Below, piece after piece: positions 1 through 12,200 of a stretch of DNA of 64,000 bases. Origin of the DNA: Macrostomum lignano. Lineage: Eukaryota. The notes beneath the pieces are model-generated. The model saw only the letters and a program-made list of their open reading frames with translations. It was not told the origin of the DNA and ran no database searches. The position numbers were made by a program, and so were the translations under genes. The stretch covers positions 124,001 through 188,000 of the forward strand of contig NIVC01001458.1 in assembly GCA_002269645.1 (NCBI GenBank), written 5' to 3'. Positions within the stretch are counted from its first letter, which is position 1. Each line of letters starts with the position of its first letter.

Positions 1-72
1 GCTAAGGCAGTATCTAAACTGCCCCCACTAAGGTAATTGCTATAAAAAACCACGCGAACTAATTTATTGCAG

Positions 73-763
73 AGTAAAATTGGCCGAGGTCATTAAGTCG
101 AGCGACAGTCGAAGGGTCCTTGTAACGCATGGCACGGACACACTGTTGGACACGGCCAGGTTTCTTCAGAGCTACCTAAAATCAGGGAGGGCAACATGTA
201 TATTGTCGATATTTTCTTTATAAATAATCAACTATCCTTACCAGTTAACTGCACTAAATATGGAATCCCAGTGCATGATGAATTGAAATTGATGAGTATC
301 AAAAGGCTCATTAAGGGATTAATCAGACTAGAAAGGCAATTCCCGTTCCGTCCCGTTCCGTCCCGTTCCGTCCCGTTCCGTCCCGTTCCGCCCCGTTCCG
401 TCCCGTTCCGTCCCGTCCCGTCCCGTTCCGTCCCATTCCGTTCCGAATTAGCACGACAGCTCACGCGCCTAATTCTCTACAGACTTTGACGTCGCCAGCA
501 CCGCAGCGCCAGTTGTAATTCTGACCGGCGCCAGACTGCCCGGCGCTTTCAAAGACACCGACGCCGATTTAAACATCGGCTTCGCCCTTGGCTGTCTGGC
601 CGCCGCCAGACCCGCTGCCAGAGACCAGGCCAATGGCGGCAATCCGACAACGTTGCTCAAGCCAGGTGTTTACACCTGTATGAACCTGCGACTCATGCGA
701 CCCGACGAAGTGGTCAGGAATTTGGAAACCGGAGCGTTTGACTGGCCTGCCTGTTCCGACTAA
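73..763 (+). CDS. Short-chain (single-domain, RrA-type) class 1 L-asparaginase, 3' exons; N-terminus lies upstream of or at the window edge
   Basis: Exon 73-197 after acceptor ttattgcag reads VKLAEVIKSSDSRRVLVTHGTDTLLDTARFLQSY, containing the asparaginase HGTDT catalytic motif. Exon 483-763 after ctctacag reads ...VVILTGARLPGAFKDTDADLNIGFALG...KPGVYTCMNLRLMRPDEVVRNLETGAFDWPACSD* (TAA 761-763). The donor at 198 (gtatat) is weak but phase-compatible. Confidence 0.85.
341..445. repeat. Pentamer microsatellite (TCCCG/TTCCG)n in the asparaginase intron
   Basis: Direct tandem tcccgttccg units. Confidence 0.95.
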
Positions 764-1058
764 CGCGTCACAAATATCCGCATCGATGCGACCGATATTT
801 CTAAGAAATTCAAAATCCTGCAGAAGTTGTCTGTGGTTGAGCACTAAGACAATCGGTGCAATAAATCACTTTTAGTTGCAAAAAAATTGTTTTGACTGAC
901 AAATTGATTTGATATTGTACGAGTATTTATTACACCGAATTCGATTTAAATACAAATTAGTCGCGCGCAGTAGACGATTTGAAATTGTTAAATATTACAA
1001 AAATCTGTCAGGCTGTGGGTGTGCTGGACTGTAATTAAACTTTTGGTCTTCTTCGATC

Positions 1059-1392
1059 GGGACTCATCAGGATTCTGGGATCAGGACTCATCGGGATTCT
1101 AGGATCGGGATTCATCGGGATTCTGGGATCGGGATTCATCGGGATTCTGGGATCGGGACTCATCGGGATTCTGGAATCGGGATTCATCGGGATTCTGGGA
1201 TCGGGACTCATCGGGATTCTGAGATCGGGACTCATCGGGATTCTAGGATCGGGATTCATCGGGATTCTGGGATCGGGATTCATCGGGATTCTGGGATCGG
1301 GACTCATCGGGATTCTGGGATCGGGACTCATCAGGATTCTGGGATCGGGACTCATCAGGATTCTGGGATCGGGACTCATCAGGAATCGGAGA
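1059..1392. repeat. 21-bp minisatellite (gggactcatcgggattctgggatc-type)
   Basis: About 16 tandem units; produces the spurious MSPDPRI repeat ORF. Confidence 0.95.
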
Positions 1393-1404
1393 TCGTGACT
1401 CATC

Positions 1405-1600
1405 TCGAGCTGCACACCCTCGCGCTCGTAAAAGTTGGCCATGTAGGCGGCCTTATCCTCATCGGACATGGAGGAGGAACCGCCAGACTCTTCCTTAGCA
1501 GTGTGTCGACACCCACCTTGCCTCCAGCATGTATTAAGTACTGTACGACTGAATATATCTCTTCAGAAGTGTGCAGTTGGTCAATCCAAAACCCCACGAA
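1405..1600 (-). pseudogene. Decayed Polinton/Maverick-type protein-primed DNA polymerase B fragment
   Basis: Two frames read EEIYSVVQY...VDTLL(fs)KEESGGSSSMSDEDKAAYMANFYEREGVQLE. This resembles the pPolB segment (IYEVWHF...YVNTFLKIKQEASG...EDKQ.YI..Y.EREGI.LD) as I recall it. It is frameshifted and ends at the minisatellite. Confidence 0.6.
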
Positions 1601-2006
1601 AGCTCAAGTTGAAAGCCTGAAAGAAATCTCTTCCATTCATTGCCTTGAGTACAGTGAAACCTGAGAACTCACAAAAACGGTTTGGAAAGAGGAGGTGAGA
1701 GAAAAATGAATGTACATGTACTGCTCATGAGAAGCCTGTGCGCACAACGCCTTCCATGCTTTTTACCATGCGATAGCAGCAAACTGTGCACACTGCTTTC
1801 TCATTTCTGTCCCCCGCTACTGCTTCGGTACAAAAAGAGCCAGCTTGGAAAAGACAAAATTTTATAAATTCTTGCCCACCACTGACGGGACTCCTGCGGA
1901 TAGCCCCCCCCCCAACGAACGTTCGTTGGAGAGCCCACCTAACGAACTGGTCGTTGCTACGTAGTCCTGTACCGGAATCTACAGAATTCGATAAGCTGCC
2001 GTGGTC

Positions 2007-5000
2007 ATGCGACCCGCTCGAAATGAGCGAGACAACCTGGAGAGAGACATGAAGGACAGGATGACACAAATGCGGCTGAGGCTGCTGGAGGAGGTGAGGT
2101 CGGGAGTTGAAGATGCTGAGCACAGACAGTATTGAGCTGAGTACAGACATTATTGAGCTGAGTACAGACATTATTGAGCTGAGTACAGACATTATTGAGC
2201 TGAGTACAGACAGTATTGAGCTGAGTACAGACAGTTGAAGATGCTGAGCACAGACAGTATTGAGCTGAGTACAGACAGTATTGAGCTGAGTACAGACAGT
2301 TGAAGATGCTGAGCACAGACAGTATTGAGCTGAGTACAGACAGTATTGAGCTGAGTACAGACAGTTGAAGATGCTGAGCACAGACAGTATTGAGCTGAGT
2401 ACAGACAGTATTGAGCTGAGTACAGACAGTTGAAGATGCTGAGCACAGACAGTATTGAGCTGAGTACAGACAGTATTAAGCTGAGTACAGACAGTATTGA
2501 GCTGAGTACAGACAGTATTGAGCTGAGTACAGACAGTATTGAGCTGAGTACAGACAGTATTGAGCTGAGTACAGACAGTATTGAGCTGAGTACAGACAAA
2601 ACTCGCACACAACCGCAGAAGCTGGAAGCTGAGCGGCGGCAGAGCGCGGCATCGCCGGGAGCAGCTTCGGGCGACTCCGAGCGTCAGCTGGAGGCGGCGC
2701 GGTCTCGTCAGGCTGAGCTCCGAGACCTGCTGGATCGCGAGCGTCAGCTGTCCGAAAGGCTGCGGCGCCAGGAGCCGCGGCCGCCGAGGCAGCAACGACG
2801 GGACAGCGGAGACGGTGGCAGCCCGAGGCACCGACGGCGAGGAGATGAAGGGCGGGGAGGTGAGAGTTTGAGAGAGATTCAATCAGGAGATTTAAAATTC
2901 CTGTTCAAAGCCCCATGCTGAGACAGCAAGGTTGAAGATTATTTTAGCGAATTTAGTCAGTCTTAGTGTCTGTCTTAGTGTCTATCTTAGTGTCTGTCTT
3001 AGTGTCTGTCTTAGTGTCTATCTTAGTGTCTGTCTTAGTGTCTGTCTTAGTGTCTGTCTTAGTGTCTGTCTGTGTCTGTCTTAGTGTCTGTCTTAGTGTC
3101 TGTCTTAGTGTCTGTCTTAGTGTCTGTCTTAGTGTCTGTCTTAGTGTCTGTCTTAGTGTCTATCTTAGTGTCTATCTTAGTGTCTGTCTTAGTGTCTGTC
3201 TTAGTGTCTATCTTAGTGTCTGTCTTAGTGTCTGTCTTAGTGTCTGTCTTAGTGTCTGTCTGTGTCTGTCTTAGTGTCTGTCTTAGTGTCTGTCTTAGTG
3301 TCTGTCTTAGTGTCTGTCTTAGTGTCTGTCTTAGTGTCTGTCTTAGTGTCTATCTTAGTGTCTATCTTAGTGTCTGTCTTAGTGTCTGTCTTAGTGTCTG
3401 TCTTAGTGTCTATCTTAGTGTCTATCTTAGTGTCTACCTTAGTGTCTGTCTTAGTGTCTGTCTTAGTGTCTGTCTCAGTGTCTGTCTTAGTGTCTGTCTT
3501 AGTGTCTGTCTTAGTGTCTGTCTTAGTGTCTGTCTTAGTGTCTATCTTAGTGTCTACCTTAGTGTCTGTCTTAGTGTCTGTCTTAGTGTCTGTCTCAGTG
3601 TCTGTCTTAGTGTCTGTCTTAGTGTCTACCTTAGTGTCTGTCTTAGTGTCTGTCTTAGTGTCTGTCTTAGTGTCTGTCTTAGTGTCTGTCTTAGTGTCTG
3701 TCTCAGTGTCTGTCTTAGTGTCTGTCTTAGTGTCTGTCTCAGTGTCTGTCTTAGTGTCTGTCTTAGTGTCTGTCTTAGTGTCTATCTTAGTGTCTGTCTT
3801 AGTGTCTGTCTTAGTGTCTGTCTTAGTGTCTATCTTAGTGTCTGTCTTAGTGTCTGTCTTAGTGTCTATCTTAGTGTCTGTCTCAGTGTCTGTCTCAGTG
3901 TCTGTCTTAGTGTCTGTCTTAGTGTCTGTCTTAGTGTCTGTCTTAGTGTCTGTCTTAGTGTCTGTCTCAGTGTCTGTCTCAGTGTCTGTCTCAGTGTCTG
4001 TCTTAGTGTCTGTCTTAGTGTCTGTCTTAGTGTCTGTCTTAGTGTCTGTCTTAGTGTCTGTCTCAGTGTCTGTCTCAGTGTCTGTCTTAGTGTCTGTCTT
4101 AGTGTCTGTCTTAGTGTCTGTCTTAGTGTCTGTCTTAGTGTCTGTCTTAGTGTCTGTCTTAGTGTCTATCTTAGTGTCTGTCTTAGTGTCTGTCTTAGTG
4201 TCTGTCTTAGTGTCTGTCTTAGTGTCTGTCTTAGTGTCTGTCTTAGTGTCTACCTTAGTGTCTACCTTAGTGTCTATCTTAGTGTCTGTCTTAGTGTCTG
4301 TCTTAGTGTCTGTCTTAGTGTCTGTCTTAGTGTCTGTCTTAGTGTCTATCTTAGTGTCTGTCTTAGTGTCTGTCTTAGTGTCTGTCTTAGTGTCTGTCTT
4401 AGTGTCTGTCTCAGTGTCTGTCTCAGTGTCTGTCTTAGTGTCTGTCTTAGTGTCTGTCTCAGTGTCTGTCTTAGTGTCTGTCTTAGTGTCTGTCTCAGTG
4501 TCTGTCTCAGTGTCTGTCTTAGTGTCTGTCTTAGTGTCTGTCTTAGTGTCTGTCTTAGTGTCTGTCTTAGTGTCTGTCTTAGTGTCTGTCTCAGTGTCTG
4601 TCTCAGTGTCTGTCTTAGTGTCTGTCTCAGTGTCTGTCTTAGTGTCTGTCTTAGTGTCTGTCTTAGTGTCTGTCTTAGTGTCTGTCTTAGTGTCTGTCTC
4701 AGTGTCTGTCTCAGTGTCTGTCTCAGTGTCTGTCTTAGTGTCTGTCTCAGTGTCTGTCTTAGTGTCTGTCTTAGTGTCTGTCTTAGTGTCTGAGTTTCTG
4801 GCTTACTACTCGTATCTTTAGTATCTGTCCTAATAATTGTCTTAGTGCCATCGTAAATCATCCTGCAAGTTTGAAACTCTGAAATAATATTACATCACTA
4901 TACGCATACGGATTTGTTTCACTATCTTCATGAGACGAGTCTAAAACGCCAATTATACTACTTACTCGTATCAGTATCGTTAACAATCGGTAACACTATC

Positions 5001-8000
5001 TCACTCTCATCTCACCCCAATACACATGTACAACAAATTGGCAAAATGTCTCGCTATGCACTACTTACTAGCAGTAGTATTAATTAGCAGCTCGCATGCC
5101 CTTACTAAAAATGAACCATATTAAATTTAATTTACCCTGTCATCGATTTCTTTTTCAAAGATCGCTTCTCCAACATGATGGAGATGATGATGATGCAGAA
5201 CTCCCAGATGCACAATCTGATGCTCAACCAGATGATGGCGCGGAATACAGCGGAGCTGCAGAAGCCGCCGCCCCCGCTGCCACCTCCGCCGCCGCCGCCG
5301 CCGCAGCCAATGTTCATGCCGATGCCAGGGTTTGAGTCTTTCATGCAGCAGCAGCGGCGGCCACCGGGGACGCCCTCACAGCCGAAAAAGTAAGTTGCTC
5401 AGCTAAAATGCCCCTGCTGTGGTGGCGTCAATGGCTGCATCAGAGGTGACTTTCAGGGCTGGCTGACAACCTCCCAGATCCTTAGTTGCTGTACCAACCT
5501 CCCAGATCCTCAGTTGCTGGGCCAGCCTCCCAGATCCTGAGTTGCTGGGCCAGCCTCCCAGATTCTCAGTTGCTGGGCCAGCCTCCCAGATTCTCAGTTG
5601 CTGGGCCAGCCTCCCAGATTCTCAGTTGGTTTTTATTCATAAACTTCAGCAACCAATATAAATGAGGTGAAGGAATATCCGAAATTTTTCGAAGATTTCA
5701 CCGCAGACATTCCGCATAAAAAAGCTTGACGAAGCAATTCTTTTTTCTTTCACGCCCTTGAAAAATCTATAGACCGGCTGATGCCACACCGAAGCCTGCG
5801 ACACCAGCAAAGGAGTCACCGAAAGGGGCTGCGAAGGGTAAGCTATTTAAAGTCAATAAAGGTTTGTATAGAGGCGGGGATTTTCACAGTAGTGGCGTAT
5901 GTCCTATCGCAATCGCGCCAATAAAAATAACGCTCCGCCAAAAATTGACGTCAGGAGCTCAAGTTTTTCCACCTCTTGTGTGTGATATCCACAAGGCCTA
6001 GGAGACAGGGGCGAACACCAAGAGACAAGGGGCACCCACCAAGGGACAAGAGTACCCACCAAAAGACAGGGGTCACCCACCAAAAGACAGGGGTCACCCA
6101 CCAAGAGGCAGGGGCGCCCATCGAGAGACAGGGGGCACCCACCAAGAGGCAGGGGGCACCCACCAAGAGACAGGGGCACACACCAAGACACAGGGGCGCC
6201 CTCCAAGAGACAGGGGCGCCCACCAAGAGACAGGGCGCGAGACAGGGGCGCCGACCAAAAGACAGGGGCGCCCACCAAAAGACAGGGGCGCCCACCAAGA
6301 GACAGGGGCGCCCACCAAGAGACAGGGGCGCCCACCAAGAGACAGGGGCGCCCACCAAAAGACAGGGGCGCCCAGCAATAGACAGAGGGCACCTACCAAG
6401 AGACAGGGGCGTCCATCAAGAGACAGAGGCACCCACCAAGAGACGAAGGGGCAATATCTCAAATTTATTGAGAATCCTATCGATCATTACAGCGGAGTCG
6501 GAGGATGAAGAGGAACAAGTCCCGTTTCCATTTCCTGGAAATAGTGAGTTATTTTATTTCAAATTCGTGCGCAAAACCTACAATTATTTCTACATTGACT
6601 TCCGGCTGACAAATTTGGCATTGCAGAAAGCCAGCAGAAACTAAGGAGACTGGCCTACACAGCGTTCTTCCTGGCTTCCCTGAACCGTCTAACAAATGAG
6701 GTTGGAAAAATGTCTTTAATGAGATTTTGCATTTAAAATGATGTCAATTGGGTAATGCTTTTCTGCTTTAAAAATCTCGTGCATTCGATTTGCAGAACAA
6801 ATTTCGACCCCGCTTCGATTTTCTATTCGACGTCCGCTTGAAAGAGATGCTGGAGACCCTGCATCGAATCTACAAGACTCCGGATGGCCCCTTGTACAGC
6901 GTCACCTTTGCCACGGTGATGGGGGACGAAGCGATGGAACTGACTGAGCTGATGAATGTGCCGAAGACGCTGAGCAAAGATGAGGAACGAGTTGTAGCTC
7001 AGGAGTTGGCCTACTGTATCGAGAATACAGTGTTTCAAGTTACCGATATAATGGTATAATAGCCTGTAGTTGCTAAACACTCTACTGTCAGTAAAAATTT
7101 CGACATTTACAGCCTATTTTTAGTTTACAACGCATAAACATTTCAGCCAACAAAAGGCATTCTTGGCACTCATCGGAAGTCGGGAGTTTTCGAGATGATT
7201 CGTTCTGGCAATTTGTTTCCGAAGGGCTACTTCTATGATATGGAGAAAGTGAGTGATATGTCCACCAAGCCCGAACCAAGATACAGGGACACCTACTAAT
7301 TAGGCAGGGACACCCAACAAGAGACACGGACACCAATCAAGAGACAGGGGTGCCCACCAAGAGACAGGGGTAACCCACCGAGAGACATGGACACCCACCA
7401 ATAGACATCGGTAGGAACACCCACCAATAAAAGACAGGTGCATCCACCAAGAGACAGGGGCACCCACCAGAGACCATGAGACACAAAATCCTTCGGGTTG
7501 CTGTTTTAACTAATTAAAACCCTGCGTACAGCACTGACAAAAAGTTCAACGGTTTTCTCTAAACGGAGATCGAAAGGGTTGAATTTTTGCATAGCCTTGA
7601 ATAGGGATTTATCAAAGACAAACTCTAGAGGCCAAGATGTGGCCATTTTTTCTAAACTAATAAAGTTGCCGTTTTCTTCTACTGTAGTTTTTCATAATTC
7701 TAAGCCATGCAATTTATTTTTAACGGGTTTTAATACACCAATTATATTCTCGACCAATCAGAACGCGATGGAATTTGACGACGAGGGCAGAACGAGCAGA
7801 GTGACCGACTGCAACGCCCGGATGCTGCTTATCGGCCTGTTTCTGATGCGAGCTCTGGTCGAAACGGTAGGCTAGATATCCCGCTTTACTACTCGCATTG
7901 TCTACTATAAGTAGTAAGGAAATTTAGAAATACTTCACAATTCGCTACAAAAACTATCCGCAGCTCTACCTCAAGACTGAGCACTACGGCATGGTTGTGG

Positions 8001-8717
8001 AAACTACTCAGAAAGCGGAGCGCAACATTCGCCTGGTGTCAACTCTACTCACCTACATCTATCGCAAAGTTGTGGGTCAGCTGGTTGTTATGGACCAGGG
8101 CACCAAGAAGGCTCGTGTGTCCATTCCAGTGCGTGAGGGTGCAGAAAACCGGGGGTTACGGGTTACGGGAGTGAGGTGGGTACAGAAAATAAGGGGTAGC
8201 AGACGGGGAGTGAGGTGGGTGCAGAAAATAAGGGGTAGCAGACGGGGAGTGAGGTGGGTACAGAAAATAAGGGGTAGCAGACGGGGAGTGAGGTGGGTGC
8301 AGAAAATAAGGGGTAGCAGACGGGGAGTGAGGTGGATGCAGAAAATAAGGGGTAGCAGACTGGGAGTGAGGTGGGTGCAGAAAATAAGGGGTAACATACG
8401 GGGAGTGAGGTGGGTGGAGAAAATAAGGGGTAGAAGAAAGGGAGTGAGGTGGGTGCAAGCGCCAACCAATCGGCGTGGAGCTGGACTGTACACATAAAGA
8501 TGGTCTGAAAATACTAAAATCTAAATATACTAAATCTCTAATATTTGTATGCTAAAACCAGGACGTCCCAAGCGAGCTAAGCGGCGTAATGCACACAGAC
8601 CAAGAGATCCGACCCGTGATAAGGGTGGTAAAGAAGAGCCTTGACTATGCCAACAATTTGCTCATGCACTGGTCAGAGGAGTACGTCAAAAGACTGCGAG
8701 GCGCCGGTTTTACTTAA
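2007..8717 (+). CDS. Coiled-coil, DUF4587-motif protein (C21orf58/PRR29-like), about 510 aa, 11 exons
   Basis: Phase-consistent exons: 2007-2093, 2619-2859, 5161-5389, 5773-5837, 6493-6543, 6627-6700, 6796-7053, 7147-7248, 7762-7866, 7964-8128, 8562-8717 (sum 1533 nt, stop TAA 8715-8717). The motif NMMEMMMMQNSQMHNLMLNQMM followed by poly-Pro resembles the DUF4587 LMMxQNAQMHQ signature. The true start may be further upstream (possible acceptor at 1994-1995). Confidence 0.75.
2110..2597. repeat. 21-bp minisatellite (attgagctgagtacagacagt)
   Basis: Tandem array filling the intron 2094-2618. Confidence 0.95.
2961..4792. repeat. 12-bp minisatellite (tgtctgtcttag)n, about 150 copies
   Basis: Tandem array in the intron 2860-5160. 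Confidence 0.97.
5467..5627. repeat. 28-bp minisatellite (ttgctgggccagcctcccagattctcag)
   Basis: About 5-6 tandem copies in the intron 5390-5772. Confidence 0.9.
5990..6445. repeat. 20-bp minisatellite (ccaccaagagacaggggcgc); degenerate copies also at about 7290-7480
   Basis: Tandem units in two different introns of the same gene. Confidence 0.9.
8164..8457. repeat. 39-bp minisatellite (gggagtgaggtgggtgcagaaaataaggggtagcagacg)
   Basis: About 7-8 copies in the last intron of the DUF4587 gene. Confidence 0.95.
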
Positions 8718-9294
8718 ATAACAATTCGACTCAGTGACTTAACAATGATTTATATTGCTACTGACATGCACGCTATGAAGTCAGTAGTAAGTTGCAGAAC
8801 TGGACATTAAATAAATGATAACAATGTTGAAACTTGCAAAATTTTCTTTCCAAAACTGCATTCAAATAACAACATTTGCACAAATGTAATTAATATGCTC
8901 CCTCAATCAGAATATGCAACGCGCTTGACTAATAGAATTTCTATTCTATAGAATTAATAGAATTTATAAAATTACAAACAACAACAATAAAAGTGACACA
9001 GCCGACACCAAAGATTGAAAAAAGAATAACATGAAAAAAATTAAAATTTTAATTGCAAATTTAGGAATCAAGTAAGCATTTTATGCGTCTCTCGTCTAGC
9101 AAGGAAGGAGTTTGGGAAGACGGAAGGCATGCACGAAGAACTGTGGAGGACAAAACTTTGCTGGAAACGTATTAGTGCATACTAAGTAGGCAGTAGTGTG
9201 CTACGCTAATTCAATGTCATTTTTGCGTAAATTTCTGAAAATAAATATTCAGGGTTAGAAGCGATTTTTATTGGCACATCTCATGAATGTGGTT

Positions 9295-12200
9295 AAGGGC
9301 TGACTCTCATGAGTGTGTTTAAGAACTGATTCTCATGAGTGTGTTTAAGAACCGATTCTCATGAGTGTGTTTAAGAACCGATTCTCATGAGTGTGTTTAA
9401 GAATCGATTCTCATGAGTGTGTTTAAGAACTGATTCTCATGAGTGTGTTTAAGAACCGATTCTCATGAGTGTGTTTAAGAACCGATTCTCATGAGTGTGT
9501 TTAAGAACCGATTCTCATGAGTGTGTTTAAGAACCGATTCTCATGAGTGTGTTTAAGAACCGATTCTCATGAGTGTGTTTAAGAACGATTCTCATGAGTG
9601 TGTTTAAGAACTGATTCTCATGAGTGTGTTTAAGAACCGATTCTCATGAGTGTGTTTAAGAACTGATTCTCATGAGTGTGTTTAAGAACCGATTCTCATG
9701 AGTGTGTTTAAGAACCGATTCTCATGAGTGTGTTTAAGAACCGATTCTCATGAGTGTGTTTAAGAATCGATTCTCATGAGTGTGTTTAAGAACTGATTCT
9801 CATGAGTGTGTTTAAGAACCGATTCTCATGAGTGTGTTTAAGAACCGATTCTCATGAGTGTGTTTAAGAACGATTCTCATGAGTGTGTTTAAGAACCGAT
9901 TCTCATGAGTGTGTTTAAGAACCGATTCTCATGAGTGTGTTTAAGAACCGATTCTCATGAGTGTGTTTAAGAACTGATTCTCATGAGTGTGTTTAAGAAC
10001 CGATTCTCATGAGTGTGTTTAAGAACCGATTCTCATGAGTGTGTTTAAGAATCGATTCTCATGAGTGTGTTTAAGAACCGATTCTCATGAGTGTGTTTAA
10101 GAACCGATTCTCATGAGTGTGTTTAAGAACCGATTCTCATGAGTGTGTTTAAGAACGATTCTCATGAGTGTGTTTAAGAACCGATTTCATGAGTGTGTTT
10201 AAGAACTGATTCTCATGAGTGTGTTTAAGAACCGATTCTCATGAGTGTGTTTAAGAACTGATTCTCATGAGTGTGTTTAAGAACCGATTCTCATGAGTGT
10301 GTTTAAGAACCGATTCTCATGAGTGTGTTTAAGAATCGATTCTCATGAGTGTGTTTAAGAACTGATTCTCATGAGTGTGTTTAAGAACCGATTCTCATGA
10401 GTGTGTTTAAGAACCGATTCTCATGAGTGTGTTTAAGAACCGATTCTCATGAGTGTGTTTAAGAACCGATTCTCATGAGTGTGTTTAAGAACCGATTCTC
10501 ATGAGTGTGTTTAAGAACCGATTCTCATGAGTGTGTTTAAGAACCGATTCTCATGAGTGTGTTTAAGAACCGATTCTCATGAGTGTGTTTAAGAACCGAT
10601 TCTCATGAGTGTGTTTAAGAACGATTCTCATGAGTGTGTTTAAGAACCGATTCTCATGAGTGTGTTTAAGAACCGATTCTCATGAGTGTGTTTAAGAACC
10701 GATTCTCATGAGTGTGTTTAAGAACCGATTCTCATGAGTGTGTTTAAGAACTGATTCTCATGAGTGTGTTTAAGAACCGATTCTCATGAGTGTGTTTAAG
10801 AACCGATTCTCATGAGTGTGTTTAAGAACCGATTCTCATGAGTGTGTTTAAGAACCGATTCTCATGAGTGTGTTTAAGAACTGATTCTCATGAGTGTGTT
10901 TAAGAACCGATTCTCATGAGTGTGTTTAAGAACCGATTCTCATGAGTGTGTTTAAGAACCGATTCTCATGAGTGTGTTTAAGAACCGATTCTCATGAGTG
11001 TGTTTAAGAACCGATTCTCATGAGTGTGTTTAAGAACCGATTCTCATGAGTGTGTTTAAGAACCGATTCTCATGAGTGTGTTTAAGAACGATTCTCATGA
11101 GTGTGTTTAAGAACTGATTCTCATGAGTGTGTTTAAGAACCGATTCTCATGAGTGTGTTTAAGAACCGATTCTCATGAGTGTGTTTAAGAACCGATTCTC
11201 ATGAGTGTGTTTAAGAACTGATTCTCATGAGTGTGTTTAAGAACCGATTCTCATGAGTGTGTTTAAGAATCGATTCTCATGAGTGTGTTTAAGAACTGAT
11301 TCTCATGAGTGTGTTTAAGAACCGATTCTCATGAGTGTGTTTAAGAACTGATTCTCATGAGTGTGTTTAAGAACCGATTCTCATGAGTGTGTTTAAGAAC
11401 CGATTCTCATGAGTGTGTTTAAGAACCGATTCTCATGAGTGTGTTTAAGAACGATTCTCATGAGTGTGTTTAAGAACTGATTCTCATGAGTGTGTTTAAG
11501 AACCGATTCTCATGAGTGTGTTTAAGAACCGATTCTCATGAGTGTGTTTAAGAACCGATTCTCATGAGTGTGTTTAAGAACCGATTCTCATGAGTGTGTT
11601 TAAGAACCGATTCTCATGAGTGTGTTTAAGAACCGATTCTCATGAGTGTGTTTAAGAACCGATTCTCATGAGTGTGTTTAAGAACCGATTCTCATGAGTG
11701 TGTTTAAGAACCGATTCTCATGAGTGTGTTTAAGAACGATTCTCATGAGTGTGTTTAAGAACCGATTCTCATGAGTGTGTTTAAGAACCGATTCTCATGA
11801 GTGTGTTTAAGAACCGATTCTCATGAGTGTGTTTAAGAACGATTCTCATGAGTGTGTTTAAGAACCGATTCTCATGAGTGTGTTTAAGAACCGATTCTCA
11901 TGAGTGTGTTTAAGAACCGATTCTCATGAGTGTGTTTAAGAACCGATTCTCATGAGTGTGTTTAAGAACCGATTCTCATGAGTGTGTTTAAGAACCGATT
12001 CTCATGAGTGTGTTTAAGAACGATTCTCATGAGTGTGTTTAAGAACCGATTCTCATGAGTGTGTTTAAGAACCGATTCTCATGAGTGTGTTTAAGAACCG
12101 ATTCTCATGAGTGTGTTTAAGAACCGATTCTCATGAGTGTGTTTAAGAACCGATTCATGAGTGTGTTTAAGAACCGATTCTCATGAGTGTGTTTAAGAAC

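Noticed and set aside
1-32. Possible preceding asparaginase exon ending at donor gtaatt (33)
   Set aside because: It is phase-compatible, but the translation (AKAVSKLPPL) does not resemble the expected KDSLD-type segment and the intron would be only 40 nt; left unresolved
2966-4861. Long ORFs (573 aa, 519 aa) of SVLV/CLSV repeats
   Set aside because: Stop-free translations of a 12-bp intronic array; the same applies to ORFs at 31414-32674, 34256-35216, 35650-37058, 39723-40829, 44464-46353, 57124-58196, 58977-59786 and 60311-61366
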